The notes below the pieces were generated by a model, which saw only the letters and a program-made list of their open reading frames with translations, was not told where the DNA came from and made no database searches. This document shows positions 8,286-16,758 of a DNA stretch of 64,000 nt, one piece after another. The position numbers and the translations under genes were made by a program. How positions within the stretch are numbered: the first letter of the stretch is position 1; each line of letters begins with the position of its first letter. The stretch is from the sequence record NC_070958.1. One strand, given 5' to 3'.

Positions 8286-8866
8286 TGACCAAAGCACTCT
8301 TTTCCGCAATCTGGGCTCAAACCGCTACTGGCGGTATGGGTATCCACAACACCCTCCCTTGGCCGCACTCTCCTGCCGACATGGAATGGTTCCGTAAACA
8401 CACCATGGGGAAACCCATCGTGATGGGTCACAACACCTACAAGTCCTTGGGCATCCATCAACTCAATGGTCGGTTGAACGTTGTGATTTCCAAGACACAA
8501 CCAGTGGGTGCGGAACACCTCAATACCTACAACGGTCACGAGACCAATGAAGGGTTGTACTGGATCGAGTCTGTTGAACGTTTCCTGGAAACCGTTCCCA
8601 GTGCTTGGGACACCAAGGAAATCATGATCATCGGTGGTCCGAAAACTTACGTTGAGTTTAAGGAAGTCATTGAGCGTGTCTACACCACCACCTTCATGGG
8701 TGAGTTCGAAGCCGAGATTGGACTCTGTTCACAGACCGATGCCGAGGAAGCGTTCCACACCGTTTACTATGATGAGTTCTCATCTAAAGAAGTAGTGTTC
8801 CGGATACTGGAACGTATCGACCCGTCAGACGAACTCGACATCGAGGTGTGGAAAGTTAATGATTGA
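8285..8866 (+). CDS. folA: Dihydrofolate reductase
   Basis: GMGIHNTLPWPHSPADMEWFRKHTMGKPIVMGHNTYKSL, LNGRLNVVIS, IIGGPKTY; start ATG 8285 overlaps upstream TAA. Confidence 0.93.
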   Translation: MTKALFSAIWAQTATGGMGIHNTLPWPHSPADMEWFRKHTMGKPIVMGHNTYKSLGIHQLNGRLNVVISKTQPVGAEHLNTYNGHETNEGLYWIESVERFLETVPSAWDTKEIMIIGGPKTYVEFKEVIERVYTTTFMGEFEAEIGLCSQTDAEEAFHTVYYDEFSSKEVVFRILERIDPSDELDIEVWKVND

Positions 8867-9095
8867 TCCAAGCATTTACGTTTCCATTCTGGTGATCATC
8901 GCTGCTATCGTCTGGCTGGTGATCGGTGTGAATATCTCAGCCAGAGTTCATTGGGCTTTTGGGACCTCGCATAACACCATGCGATTTGGTTCGCGTCTGA
9001 AGAACAACGCCATTTTCATTGGCAACGCTGTCTTTTGGCCCTGGTTGGGATTGTTCTTTCTCTACGCAATCCTCGAAGCAAATTTCGATCGTTAA
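8859..9095 (+). CDS. Small membrane protein (2 TM)
   Basis: Two hydrophobic segments including FWPW motif. Confidence 0.7.
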   Translation: MIDPSIYVSILVIIAAIVWLVIGVNISARVHWAFGTSHNTMRFGSRLKNNAIFIGNAVFWPWLGLFFLYAILEANFDR

Positions 9096-9102
9096 TAAAT
9101 AG

Positions 9103-9136
9103 CTCTTTGGGGTTTCGACCCCAAAGAGTTTTTATT
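9103..9136 (+). terminator. Intrinsic terminator
   Basis: CTCTTTGGGGT-TTCG-ACCCCAAAGAG followed by TTTTTATTT. Confidence 0.9.
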
Positions 9137-9146
9137 TGTCTATAGT

Positions 9147-9171
9147 TTTTGAAGCAGATATTATTAGGGTG
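9147..9171 (+). promoter_or_regulatory. Early-promoter-like motif, copy 2
   Basis: TTTT GAAGC AGATATTAT TAGGGTG. Confidence 0.75.
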
Positions 9172-9191
9172 TAAACAACAGGAGAACTCTC

Positions 9192-9284
9192 ATGGGATAC
9201 TTTATATTGCTTTTGCTTTTGATCGCTGTTCTGGTTAAACTGAGTCGGATAGAAAAGAAGTTGGGGAGAAAGAAAGATGTCTGA
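9192..9284 (+). CDS. 30-aa single-TM microprotein (not in ORF track)
   Basis: MGYFILLLLLIAVLVKLSRIEKKLGRKKDV*; SD AGGAG; first ORF after promoter; stop overlaps clpP start. Confidence 0.6.
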   Translation: MGYFILLLLLIAVLVKLSRIEKKLGRKKDV

Positions 9285-9999
9285 TCAAGAAAAACCTGTT
9301 ATCAAGATTAACTCATTTAGCTTTATGTGCGACGTCGATGACCATGCGTTGCACAAGTTCTTCGATTTCTACGACTCGATGTCTGTCAAAGACGGATTGA
9401 TAATCAATGTCTCGAGTGATGGCGGGAACCCGGAAGTGACACTGAAGATCCAAGACTTCGTGACATCCAGGAACCGTCCCACTCTGGTTGTTGCAATCGG
9501 TGATTGTTCCAGCGCTGCGATGGGATTCTTCGGGATACGAGGAACCACCAGACTCGCGTACAGCAGTTGCCGGTTCATGGAACATCAACTCTTACTGAAC
9601 ACTCCCAAGATGAGTATTGAATCCATCTGCTCGTCCATTGATGAAGTTCAGTCCAGATCCCATCTCTTTGAGCAACGTCTCACCAACTGGTGTGGGTTGA
9701 GGGAAGAGGAGTGTAAAGAACTCTTCAGTCCAAACGACCTTTACTTTGATGCAATCGATGCATTGATGTTCGGGACTCGTGGTATTATTGACGGGATCAT
9801 CATCCGTCAACTGGACGACTTCGAGTGGATCGTTCTCACCAGGGACGGGTTCAAACGTTTCATGTTCCCCAGGGATATCATCAATGAGAATCCGGTATTA
9901 ACAGAAGAGGAGTTAAAAGAATATGGGTTGAAGCCCTATAAACCCGATAACGTTATCAAAGCGATAGAACGACGTAAACATCGTCAAAGTCTCGCTTAA
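9277..9999 (+). CDS. clpP: ClpP-like serine protease
   Basis: VSSDGG (cf. INSPGG), GDCSSAA (catalytic Ser), RFMEHQ (His), NDLYFDAIDA..GIID (Asp). Confidence 0.8.
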   Translation: MSDQEKPVIKINSFSFMCDVDDHALHKFFDFYDSMSVKDGLIINVSSDGGNPEVTLKIQDFVTSRNRPTLVVAIGDCSSAAMGFFGIRGTTRLAYSSCRFMEHQLLLNTPKMSIESICSSIDEVQSRSHLFEQRLTNWCGLREEECKELFSPNDLYFDAIDALMFGTRGIIDGIIIRQLDDFEWIVLTRDGFKRFMFPRDIINENPVLTEEELKEYGLKPYKPDNVIKAIERRKHRQSLA

Positions 10000-10028
10000 T
10001 CACAACACACTTAATAAAGGAACCAGAC

Positions 10029-11657
10029 ATGTCCATTCTGAATGATGTAACTTATACCAACCGTGCCGGCACTCGTGAAATCATCGACGAGGTTGTTAAG
10101 GAGGCATTCGATAGCGTTTGCTCCACTATGGGTCCGGATGGTAACTACGTCGTGATCAACCAATCCAACGTTCCGGTCACCACCAAGGACGGTGCTTCCG
10201 TAGCCAAGGCACTGGACTTCGGTGAAACCCGTCGGAACATGATCGCACAACTGGTTCGCGAACCGAGCCTCCGAGTAGAGCGTGAAGTCGGTGATGGTAC
10301 TACCACCACTGTCTTCATGACCACCAAGCTCTATCAGGCGTTCTGTGACAACATGACTTTCCGTGAAATCCGTTTCATCGATTCCATGGTTGGTAAAGCG
10401 CTCGAGGCGCTCCGGAAACTGATCATCCCGGTCAAAGCGAGCTCCCCCGAGTTTAAACTCATGTTGACTACCACTGCGAACTATGAGACCGAGATCGTTG
10501 AACGCATCCTGGAACTCTATCAGGGCGATGCACTCCCGAACATCACGCTTCGGAAGAATCCGAGCATTCCCGAGGATCGTGTTGAGCGTGTCACTGATCT
10601 CCGTTACAACGGTGCGTATCCGTCACCTGAAATTCAGGCTATGAGTAAAGCTCCTCGTAGTCGGATCACTTTTGGTGCCGGTACAACCGTGGTCGTGGTC
10701 GACAGTAACATCGAGACCATCCAGATGGGTGATCTGGCACGTTTGGCACAACCTGGTGGGGATCCGGTAGTTATCATCGCTACCAGCTTCTCTATGGCTG
10801 CTATCCAGGCTATCAAGGGTTACTACCAGATGGCTAACGAAGAGGCACTGAAAGCACTCCAGGCTGATAAGAGTGCCAATGTCGCATTGACTGCACCTAT
10901 TGTTCCGTTCACTGTTCAAGCAGGCGGGACTCTGGGGAAAGCAATGTTGCTGGAAATGGCACAACTGCTGGGTCTGACAACCGCGGTCGATCTGTCCAAT
11001 GGTATCACCCTCGCCAAAGAGTGTGATGCTCCTTTCGTTCTGAGTCAAGACGGTGTGACCATTCCTCGGGAATGCGAGCATGTGGAAACTCGCCGGAAAG
11101 AGATGTTGGAAATCAACACCGCCCAGTACGAAGAGCTCGATCAAGCTACTCGTCAAAAGGCACCCGGCCTGATGCTGTTCGAACGCATCGGGATTCTTTC
11201 TGGCACCAACATCACTGTCAGTGTGACTGGCCAAACAGAAAGTGACTGTTCTGAACGTTACTATCGTTATGAGGACGTCATCACCGCTGCCCGTAGTTCA
11301 CTCGGGTTCGGTGTACTTCCTGGTATCGGTTGGGGGTATCTGCAAGCAGCTAAAGAAGTCGAGGACCACTTTTACGAAGTGGGAATCACCCAGAACCAAC
11401 GTATCCTGATGGATAAGTTCCTGGATGTTCTTCGTGCCCAGTACACCTACCTCACCGGTAATGTTTACCGTGACATGGATCGTGTCTCCTTCCTGGACCT
11501 CACCACTGGTGAAGAATCCAAGGATCCTGGCAAGGTCTATGATAACGCCGCTGCAACCTGTCTCGCTCTTGAGAGTGGTTGGGGCGCTGCCAAGACCCTT
11601 GGTAAACTGAGTACCATCACTGGTCGTGGTGATACCAACTATCTCCACAAGCGTTAA
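10029..11657 (+). CDS. groEL: GroEL-like phage chaperonin
   Basis: STMGPDG, TTKDGASVA, GDGTTT, RYEDVITAARS, GVLPGIG, VYDNAAAT; 542 aa; no GGM tail. Confidence 0.92.
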   Translation: MSILNDVTYTNRAGTREIIDEVVKEAFDSVCSTMGPDGNYVVINQSNVPVTTKDGASVAKALDFGETRRNMIAQLVREPSLRVEREVGDGTTTTVFMTTKLYQAFCDNMTFREIRFIDSMVGKALEALRKLIIPVKASSPEFKLMLTTTANYETEIVERILELYQGDALPNITLRKNPSIPEDRVERVTDLRYNGAYPSPEIQAMSKAPRSRITFGAGTTVVVVDSNIETIQMGDLARLAQPGGDPVVIIATSFSMAAIQAIKGYYQMANEEALKALQADKSANVALTAPIVPFTVQAGGTLGKAMLLEMAQLLGLTTAVDLSNGITLAKECDAPFVLSQDGVTIPRECEHVETRRKEMLEINTAQYEELDQATRQKAPGLMLFERIGILSGTNITVSVTGQTESDCSERYYRYEDVITAARSSLGFGVLPGIGWGYLQAAKEVEDHFYEVGITQNQRILMDKFLDVLRAQYTYLTGNVYRDMDRVSFLDLTTGEESKDPGKVYDNAAATCLALESGWGAAKTLGKLSTITGRGDTNYLHKR

Positions 11658-11662
11658 TTGAA

Positions 11663-11700
11663 AGGGAACCCTTCGGGGTTTCCTCTCTTCTTTATATATT
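11663..11700 (+). terminator. Intrinsic terminator
   Basis: AGGGAACCC-TTCG-GGGTTTCCT then T-rich tract. Confidence 0.8.
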
Positions 11701-11759
11701 TTATTTTTGTCTCCAACCGGTATCTGTTGTAACTCAATTACCAACTAAAGGAATGAGCG

Positions 11760-12602
11760 ATGTCTAAAGTGCATTTTATCTATGGTCCCATGAACAGTTC
11801 TAAGACCACCACTTTGATCACCACTGCGTACAACTATCGTGAAGAAGCACAGAACCCGGTCATCATGAAACCTTCCCTGGATACTCGGGATGGCGTTGAA
11901 CCGATGATAAAGTCTCGTCCTGGTCTGACCGCTGCCTGCCAACTTTTCGACAAGAGTGAGAATCTCTTCGTCAAGGTCGCTGGACTTTCTGGCGCTACTC
12001 AGGAAGAACTGAACTGGCTGGAAGAGAACCTCCCTCCTCGACCCGCACCGGATGTAGCCGAAATGGTCTCTGGTATCAGAACCGCCTGGATCAACAAGGG
12101 GGTGATGCTCAAGGACATCCTCCCTGGCTATGACCAAAGTCGTCTTGACGAACTCAGCGAGATGCTGAAGACCCAGAAAGTCAGGGTGAAAGAATACCAG
12201 TACACCCGCCACCAAACTCTGGAACTCTTCGGGACCCGCATCAATAAAACCATCGACTGTGTTCTGGTTGATGAAGTTCAGTTCCTCACCGAGGAACAGG
12301 CCCTCGATCTCCTGGACATCGCCGATTATCTCCGTATCCCTGTAATGGCCTTTGGTCTCCGGAACGACTTCAAGGGGGAGATCTTCCCTGCCTCAAAGAT
12401 CCTGATGGCACAGGCAGAAGTCTGTAAAGAGAACAAGGGTGTGTGCTGGTGTGGTCGTAAGGCTACCCACGTACTCCGCATCGCCGAAGATGGTACTGTG
12501 GATAGTGATGGTCCTCAGGTTAAGGTTGGTGGTAATGACACCTACAAATCTGTCTGCCGTTATCACCACCGCGCAGGTATGTATCGTAAACCAGGGATTT
12601 AA
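11760..12602 (+). CDS. tdk: Thymidine kinase (type II) with about 85-aa insertion
   Basis: YGPMNSSKTT, KPSLDTRD, VLVDEVQFL, FGLRNDF, CWCGRKAT, YKSVCRYHH. Confidence 0.92.
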   Translation: MSKVHFIYGPMNSSKTTTLITTAYNYREEAQNPVIMKPSLDTRDGVEPMIKSRPGLTAACQLFDKSENLFVKVAGLSGATQEELNWLEENLPPRPAPDVAEMVSGIRTAWINKGVMLKDILPGYDQSRLDELSEMLKTQKVRVKEYQYTRHQTLELFGTRINKTIDCVLVDEVQFLTEEQALDLLDIADYLRIPVMAFGLRNDFKGEIFPASKILMAQAEVCKENKGVCWCGRKATHVLRIAEDGTVDSDGPQVKVGGNDTYKSVCRYHHRAGMYRKPGI

Positions 12603-12627
12603 TAGCTGAAGATTTAACATGGAGAAA

Positions 12628-12652
12628 ATTTCAGACCGATATTACTATAGTG
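12628..12652 (+). promoter_or_regulatory. Early-promoter-like motif, copy 3
   Basis: ATTT CAGAC CGATATTAC TATAGTG. Confidence 0.75.
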
Positions 12653-12701
12653 AAGATACATAGGGTATCTCATTAATGTAACTACATCGGAGAAATATAA
12701 C

Positions 12702-13391
12702 ATGGCTATCATCACTATCAAATCTGTATCCCTGGTTGGCGTTTCCAAGTTCGTTCGTGCCTTCGCCTTTGACGAAGATAAGATGGGTGTTCACCAGGCC
12801 ATCATGGAAACTCCTGAGTATAAGGAGCTTTCCAAACTGACCGATATGAGTCAGTATGACAAAGACGTTTGTGCAATGGACTACGAAATCAAATTCGAAT
12901 CCATCCGTCACAAACATCATCCGCTGAACAATCAAACTCTGCGTCAGCAAGTCTGGTACACCACCCTGGAAATCGTTAAAGAGGAGAAGATCAAATTGGA
13001 ACCCATCGAAATCAAAGTACCGCGTATCAAGGTTGAAAGCTACACCCGTGAACTGGACTTCGGTCGTCGGTACCGCAGCCTGCACGCCAACAAGATCACC
13101 AAGTCCAAGAACTACACCGGTATGGCTGTAGGTGCCCTGGCTGCCGTTGGTCTGGAAGTGCTGGCTGAAGACAGCAATGCCGCATCCATCGTAGCGGCTG
13201 CTGCCGGTGCTGGACTGGGTGCCCTGGCTGTATCCAACGCCGCCGACATGATGGACGACAACCTGGCCAACTCTGCACTGCTGGGTCTGTACACTATGTC
13301 CGCCGGGATCATGTTCGGTCGCATCACCGCTGTACTGACTGCCGATAAAGAAGTCGAGCAGGTTTCAGCAGAATACGCCGACGAGCTGTAA
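12702..13391 (+). CDS. Hypothetical protein with C-terminal glycine-zipper-like hydrophobic helices
   Basis: GMAVG, GAGLG, GIMFG (GxxxG) segments; strong C-ending codon bias. Confidence 0.8.
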   Translation: MAIITIKSVSLVGVSKFVRAFAFDEDKMGVHQAIMETPEYKELSKLTDMSQYDKDVCAMDYEIKFESIRHKHHPLNNQTLRQQVWYTTLEIVKEEKIKLEPIEIKVPRIKVESYTRELDFGRRYRSLHANKITKSKNYTGMAVGALAAVGLEVLAEDSNAASIVAAAAGAGLGALAVSNAADMMDDNLANSALLGLYTMSAGIMFGRITAVLTADKEVEQVSAEYADEL

Positions 13392-13396
13392 GAAAT

Positions 13397-13430
13397 ATCC
13401 CTCCTGCCATTGGCAGGAGGGATTCTTATT
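13397..13430 (+). terminator. Intrinsic terminator
   Basis: ATCCCTCCTGCC-ATT-GGCAGGAGGGAT then TCTTATTT. Confidence 0.8.
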
Positions 13431-13514
13431 TCACATTTAATTTTTCATTATATGAACTCCGCATCCTTTCTATTGGGAGAGTGCGACTCATAACTTTTGC
13501 ACAAGGATATACGA

Positions 13515-14123
13515 ATGCAATCAGTTAACCTGAAGAAACCCGTGGACTACTTCATCAATATTCTTCGTGAATATCGTCCGATGTCTCTGTTCGAGGACAC
13601 TCCCGACAACAAGGATATCATCCTGTCCAACTGGACTACCGACGCCGATGGCGTTAGCGATGTTGTGGTTCGTTCCGAAGTAACCGCCAACCAAAAGACC
13701 GAACAAGTCAAGTTCCAAGCAGGCACCCTGCTGGGAATGTTGCGTGGCGTTACCAAGGAATACACCGAGGAAGGTGTCGATGTCGGCCTGTACCTCATCG
13801 AGAACGAGCTCGCGCTCTTTATCGAAGAAGGTAACCAGGATTTCGTAGCCGCACTGGAATGCACTGGCTATCAGTTCGATGAAGGCAACCTCAGCTTTGG
13901 TAGCTCCCCCGAGGGTGACGAAGATGTGGCCGTCGCTGGTATTCTCCACATCGAGTATCCCTTTGTGGTCGGTAAGATCCCCGTCTATGTGATCGCCGAT
14001 GCCCCGGTAGAAGAGGAATCCGAAGAACCCTCCCAGGAGGAAGAGAAGGAAGTCACTCAACAACCGGTACAGAAACAACATTACGGTCATCAAGGCCGTA
14101 AGAACAAACAAAAGCACAACTGA
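13515..14123 (+). CDS. Hypothetical acidic protein (start moved to ATG 13515)
   Basis: SD AAGGA; strong codon bias; Glu-rich linker and basic tail. Confidence 0.8.
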   Translation: MQSVNLKKPVDYFINILREYRPMSLFEDTPDNKDIILSNWTTDADGVSDVVVRSEVTANQKTEQVKFQAGTLLGMLRGVTKEYTEEGVDVGLYLIENELALFIEEGNQDFVAALECTGYQFDEGNLSFGSSPEGDEDVAVAGILHIEYPFVVGKIPVYVIADAPVEEESEEPSQEEEKEVTQQPVQKQHYGHQGRKNKQKHN

Positions 14124-14152
14124 TCATTGATGCTTATTAGTTAACACGCACA

Positions 14153-14195
14153 AATACCAAGGCTGGGGGAACCCGGTCTTGGTATTAACTTTCTA
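14153..14195 (+). terminator. Intrinsic terminator
   Basis: AATACCAAGGCTGGG-GGAA-CCCGGTCTTGGTATT. Confidence 0.75.
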
Positions 14196-14206
14196 TGTCC
14201 TATTTA

Positions 14207-14231
14207 TTTATAGATCGATATTATTACAGTG
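14207..14231 (+). promoter_or_regulatory. Early-promoter-like motif, copy 4
   Basis: TTTA TAGAT CGATATTAT TACAGTG. Confidence 0.75.
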
Positions 14232-14299
14232 ACGAACAACTCCATGTTCATTCAATGCAGTCATACGTACTGTCAACCATAACGTATTAGAGGTCTATT

Positions 14300-15031
14300 A
14301 TGATTAACGAACAAATGCTTGCTGGTGCCATTCGTAAGGCGATCGAACCCCTGACTTCAATCGAGGATAACAACCTCTTTATGTTTGAAGTGGGTCAAGT
14401 ACTCTGTCGGTTTAAAACCAACGTTTACATGATGTTGGACGAAGACATGTGTTGCCGAGATCCCAACGAACTGATTAACTTTGTCATCACTGCCGGTGCG
14501 GACGTTGTTAATGCTGGCGGGTACACTGAGATCATTAAACGTGACCGAACCGTTCTTCGGATTTCTGGTGTTCATGATTACGGTGCGACTACCCTGGAAC
14601 AGGGACACGAGTTCTTGTACAACGAAGATATCAGCGATCTCATCCCTGCCGACCGTTTGGTCAGAATGCACGATACCCATTTCATGAGTGCGCGTCAAGA
14701 AGGGGAAGGTGCGCCCAAGAACGATCTGGAACGATTCGAATCCTTAGGGTTCAATCTGGAAAGTGCTCACGGCTATCATTTCAACACTGATCGTTTCCTG
14801 GATTCCAGGGCCACTGTAAGTATGACTATCAGTGGTCGTGTCTTCGCTGCGGCGTACGCTAAGAAGCGTCGTGAAACAGCCGAACGTCATCCTGGGTCTG
14901 AAGGTCGTTATCTCAGCCAGGGTCGTGAAGCTAATCGGTTGCAACGACTGGAAGATGAAAGTAATCCTGTTCCGGAAGAACGTCCTGGTCTTTCCGGCCG
15001 TCAGTTCCACATGCAATTCATGGCTAAGTAA
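14300..15031 (+). CDS. Hypothetical protein
   Basis: SD GAGG; 243 aa. Confidence 0.8.
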   Translation: MINEQMLAGAIRKAIEPLTSIEDNNLFMFEVGQVLCRFKTNVYMMLDEDMCCRDPNELINFVITAGADVVNAGGYTEIIKRDRTVLRISGVHDYGATTLEQGHEFLYNEDISDLIPADRLVRMHDTHFMSARQEGEGAPKNDLERFESLGFNLESAHGYHFNTDRFLDSRATVSMTISGRVFAAAYAKKRRETAERHPGSEGRYLSQGREANRLQRLEDESNPVPEERPGLSGRQFHMQFMAK

Positions 15032-15040
15032 GGAATACAA

Positions 15041-15607
15041 ATGAGTAATCTCGTAATCTTAGAAACCAAGGGCAGGGGCTTTTGGAAACCCGTAATTTCC
15101 GAAGATGGTGCTAAATGGATCGAAACAAATATCCCTCCTCACTTTGGTTCCATCCAAGCACACTCCACAATCATGTCGGTGGGCTATCACTGGAAGAAAC
15201 ATGCTGTACTGTTTAGCATCATGGGCACCTTGCGTGGATACGACATCTTTATTAACGCATGGTCCCTTACAACCGACACCTGTACTCCTCGTCTGGTAAG
15301 AGTAAGGTTGGAAGGTCAACCACTTGGATGGCTTTCCAAAGAGGAATCCCTGCGGTACCTCAAACGTTGGTTGTTGAGTGAAGGGCTCTACACAGTGGCA
15401 GGTTATCCTCCCAGAACCAGGAAGATGATCTATCAGATGCTGGAGGAGATAAAGGATGATCATGTAACCACTTACTACCCTGGCTATCTATACAGGCTAA
15501 GTAAACATCATGGTCGTTGGCGTTTATCTCACGACGGAAAAGTTTGCCTGGATATCAATCATCTCAATCAAATCACTCAAGCCAATCTGTACCATTTGGC
15601 CGTGTAA
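15041..15607 (+). CDS. Hypothetical protein
   Basis: SD AAGGA; 188 aa. Confidence 0.75.
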   Translation: MSNLVILETKGRGFWKPVISEDGAKWIETNIPPHFGSIQAHSTIMSVGYHWKKHAVLFSIMGTLRGYDIFINAWSLTTDTCTPRLVRVRLEGQPLGWLSKEESLRYLKRWLLSEGLYTVAGYPPRTRKMIYQMLEEIKDDHVTTYYPGYLYRLSKHHGRWRLSHDGKVCLDINHLNQITQANLYHLAV

Positions 15608-15616
15608 GGAATAACC

Positions 15617-16057
15617 ATGTTAAAAGACCCGGTAGTCGTTTACACCGATCCAGAGAAAACCATCATCAGTACTCACGGTGAAAATCTAGCCCAGAAAGAC
15701 TTTGGTCTTTATAACAGTATAAGTGAATTCAGAAGAGAGGGGTTCAAAACACCCGATCAGATCAGATCAATTCTGGATAGGGGTGGTTTCTCGTTACGTC
15801 GTCGGGTTGATGGCAAGAAAGGATTCATTCTTGAACGCAAGTTTGGATTTACCCACATCGGGGTCATTGAAGAAATAGTGATGGAAGAAAACACCATGGC
15901 TGTTTTAGGTTGGGAAGTTCGTCAAGATAGCCATGATAAGATTTTCATTAAAGAGATCAGACATGAAGTAGGTCGCGGTAGCGAAGACTTCAACCCTCGG
16001 AAGGGATGGCTCTGTGATGTAATCTCCTTCAGTGTGTTGCTGGATGAACTTTTGTGA
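15617..16057 (+). CDS. Hypothetical protein
   Basis: SD AAGGA; 146 aa. Confidence 0.75.
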   Translation: MLKDPVVVYTDPEKTIISTHGENLAQKDFGLYNSISEFRREGFKTPDQIRSILDRGGFSLRRRVDGKKGFILERKFGFTHIGVIEEIVMEENTMAVLGWEVRQDSHDKIFIKEIRHEVGRGSEDFNPRKGWLCDVISFSVLLDELL

Positions 16058-16069
16058 TAACGTAATAAA

Positions 16070-16100
16070 CCCCTACCCCATCCTTTCGGTGGGGTAGGGG
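16070..16100. terminator. Bidirectional terminator, copy A of a 31-nt repeated element
   Basis: CCCCTACCCCATCCTTTCGGTGGGGTAGGGG between convergent genes, A-rich left and T-rich right flank. Confidence 0.85.
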
Positions 16101-16107
16101 GTCTTTA

Positions 16108-16758
16108 TTAAGGATTATTTTTGATTACGTCTTCCAACTCTTTGACGTATGTCTGGAGTTCGAGGATTTGCTGACGTTGTTGTTCAATGATGATCGTTGC
16201 CGACGGCTCATCAGTGATGCGATTTTGGCGAGACTGTTCCCATGCCTCTGCTTCCAATTTGGAAACGTATCCACGGGTAGGTACGGTAGTCACAACCACG
16301 TTAGGGTTCTGAATCCCGAATGCACCTTTCAGATACTCGTCAATGTACGCAACGGCATTATTGACACGATCTTTCAGGTGTGGTGGGCAGGAACCCAGGT
16401 CGGCCACAATGCCAACACGCTCATAGATCACACCATCCGCCACTGGGAACGATTTGATGTAAGTAGAGAGCACATAGGTGGGACCACGACCACGACTCGC
16501 CAGAGAGACAACTACAGCGTTTTGCGAGATAGCCGTTTCAATCTGGCTGTTCACTTCACTTACATGGTTCGGGTCATCTTTGCTATACCCGAGCGGTTCG
16601 TAAATGATTTTGAACAGATCCAGTTTGAGCGCCTGCATCTCAGGGATCGTTCGGTTAGCCTCGACAGAATAGAAGACGTCTTCTTTTACCACTTTGTCGA
16701 ACGGAGCTTCTGCTACGAACTTACCAGCTGCTCTGATCGACGGAATGTTATTCGTCAT
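16108..16758 (-). CDS. Conserved jumbo-phage protein, probably virion-associated
   Basis: 216 aa, coiled-coil C-terminus, co-transcribed with 16748..18085; function from synteny only. Confidence 0.6.
   Translation of the reverse strand: MTNNIPSIRAAGKFVAEAPFDKVVKEDVFYSVEANRTIPEMQALKLDLFKIIYEPLGYSKDDPNHVSEVNSQIETAISQNAVVVSLASRGRGPTYVLSTYIKSFPVADGVIYERVGIVADLGSCPPHLKDRVNNAVAYIDEYLKGAFGIQNPNVVVTTVPTRGYVSKLEAEAWEQSRQNRITDEPSATIIIEQQRQQILELQTYVKELEDVIKNNP

Noticed and set aside
9192-11760. GroES co-chaperonin or Clp ATPase near groEL/clpP
   Set aside because: No ORF of suitable size or motif in any frame here; could be encoded elsewhere in the genome or supplied by the host
11982-12239. Intein or intron in TK, ThyA, helicase or RNAP genes
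   Set aside because: No intein terminal signatures or LAGLIDADG/HNH motifs; frames are uninterrupted; RNAP subunit lengths match what I recall for phiKZ orthologues
14234-14249. Third copy of the AAUUCC hairpin (GAACA-ACTCCA-TGTTC)
   Set aside because: Loop differs in sequence and register, and the position at a predicted +1 is a different context; kept only as a 5' hairpin
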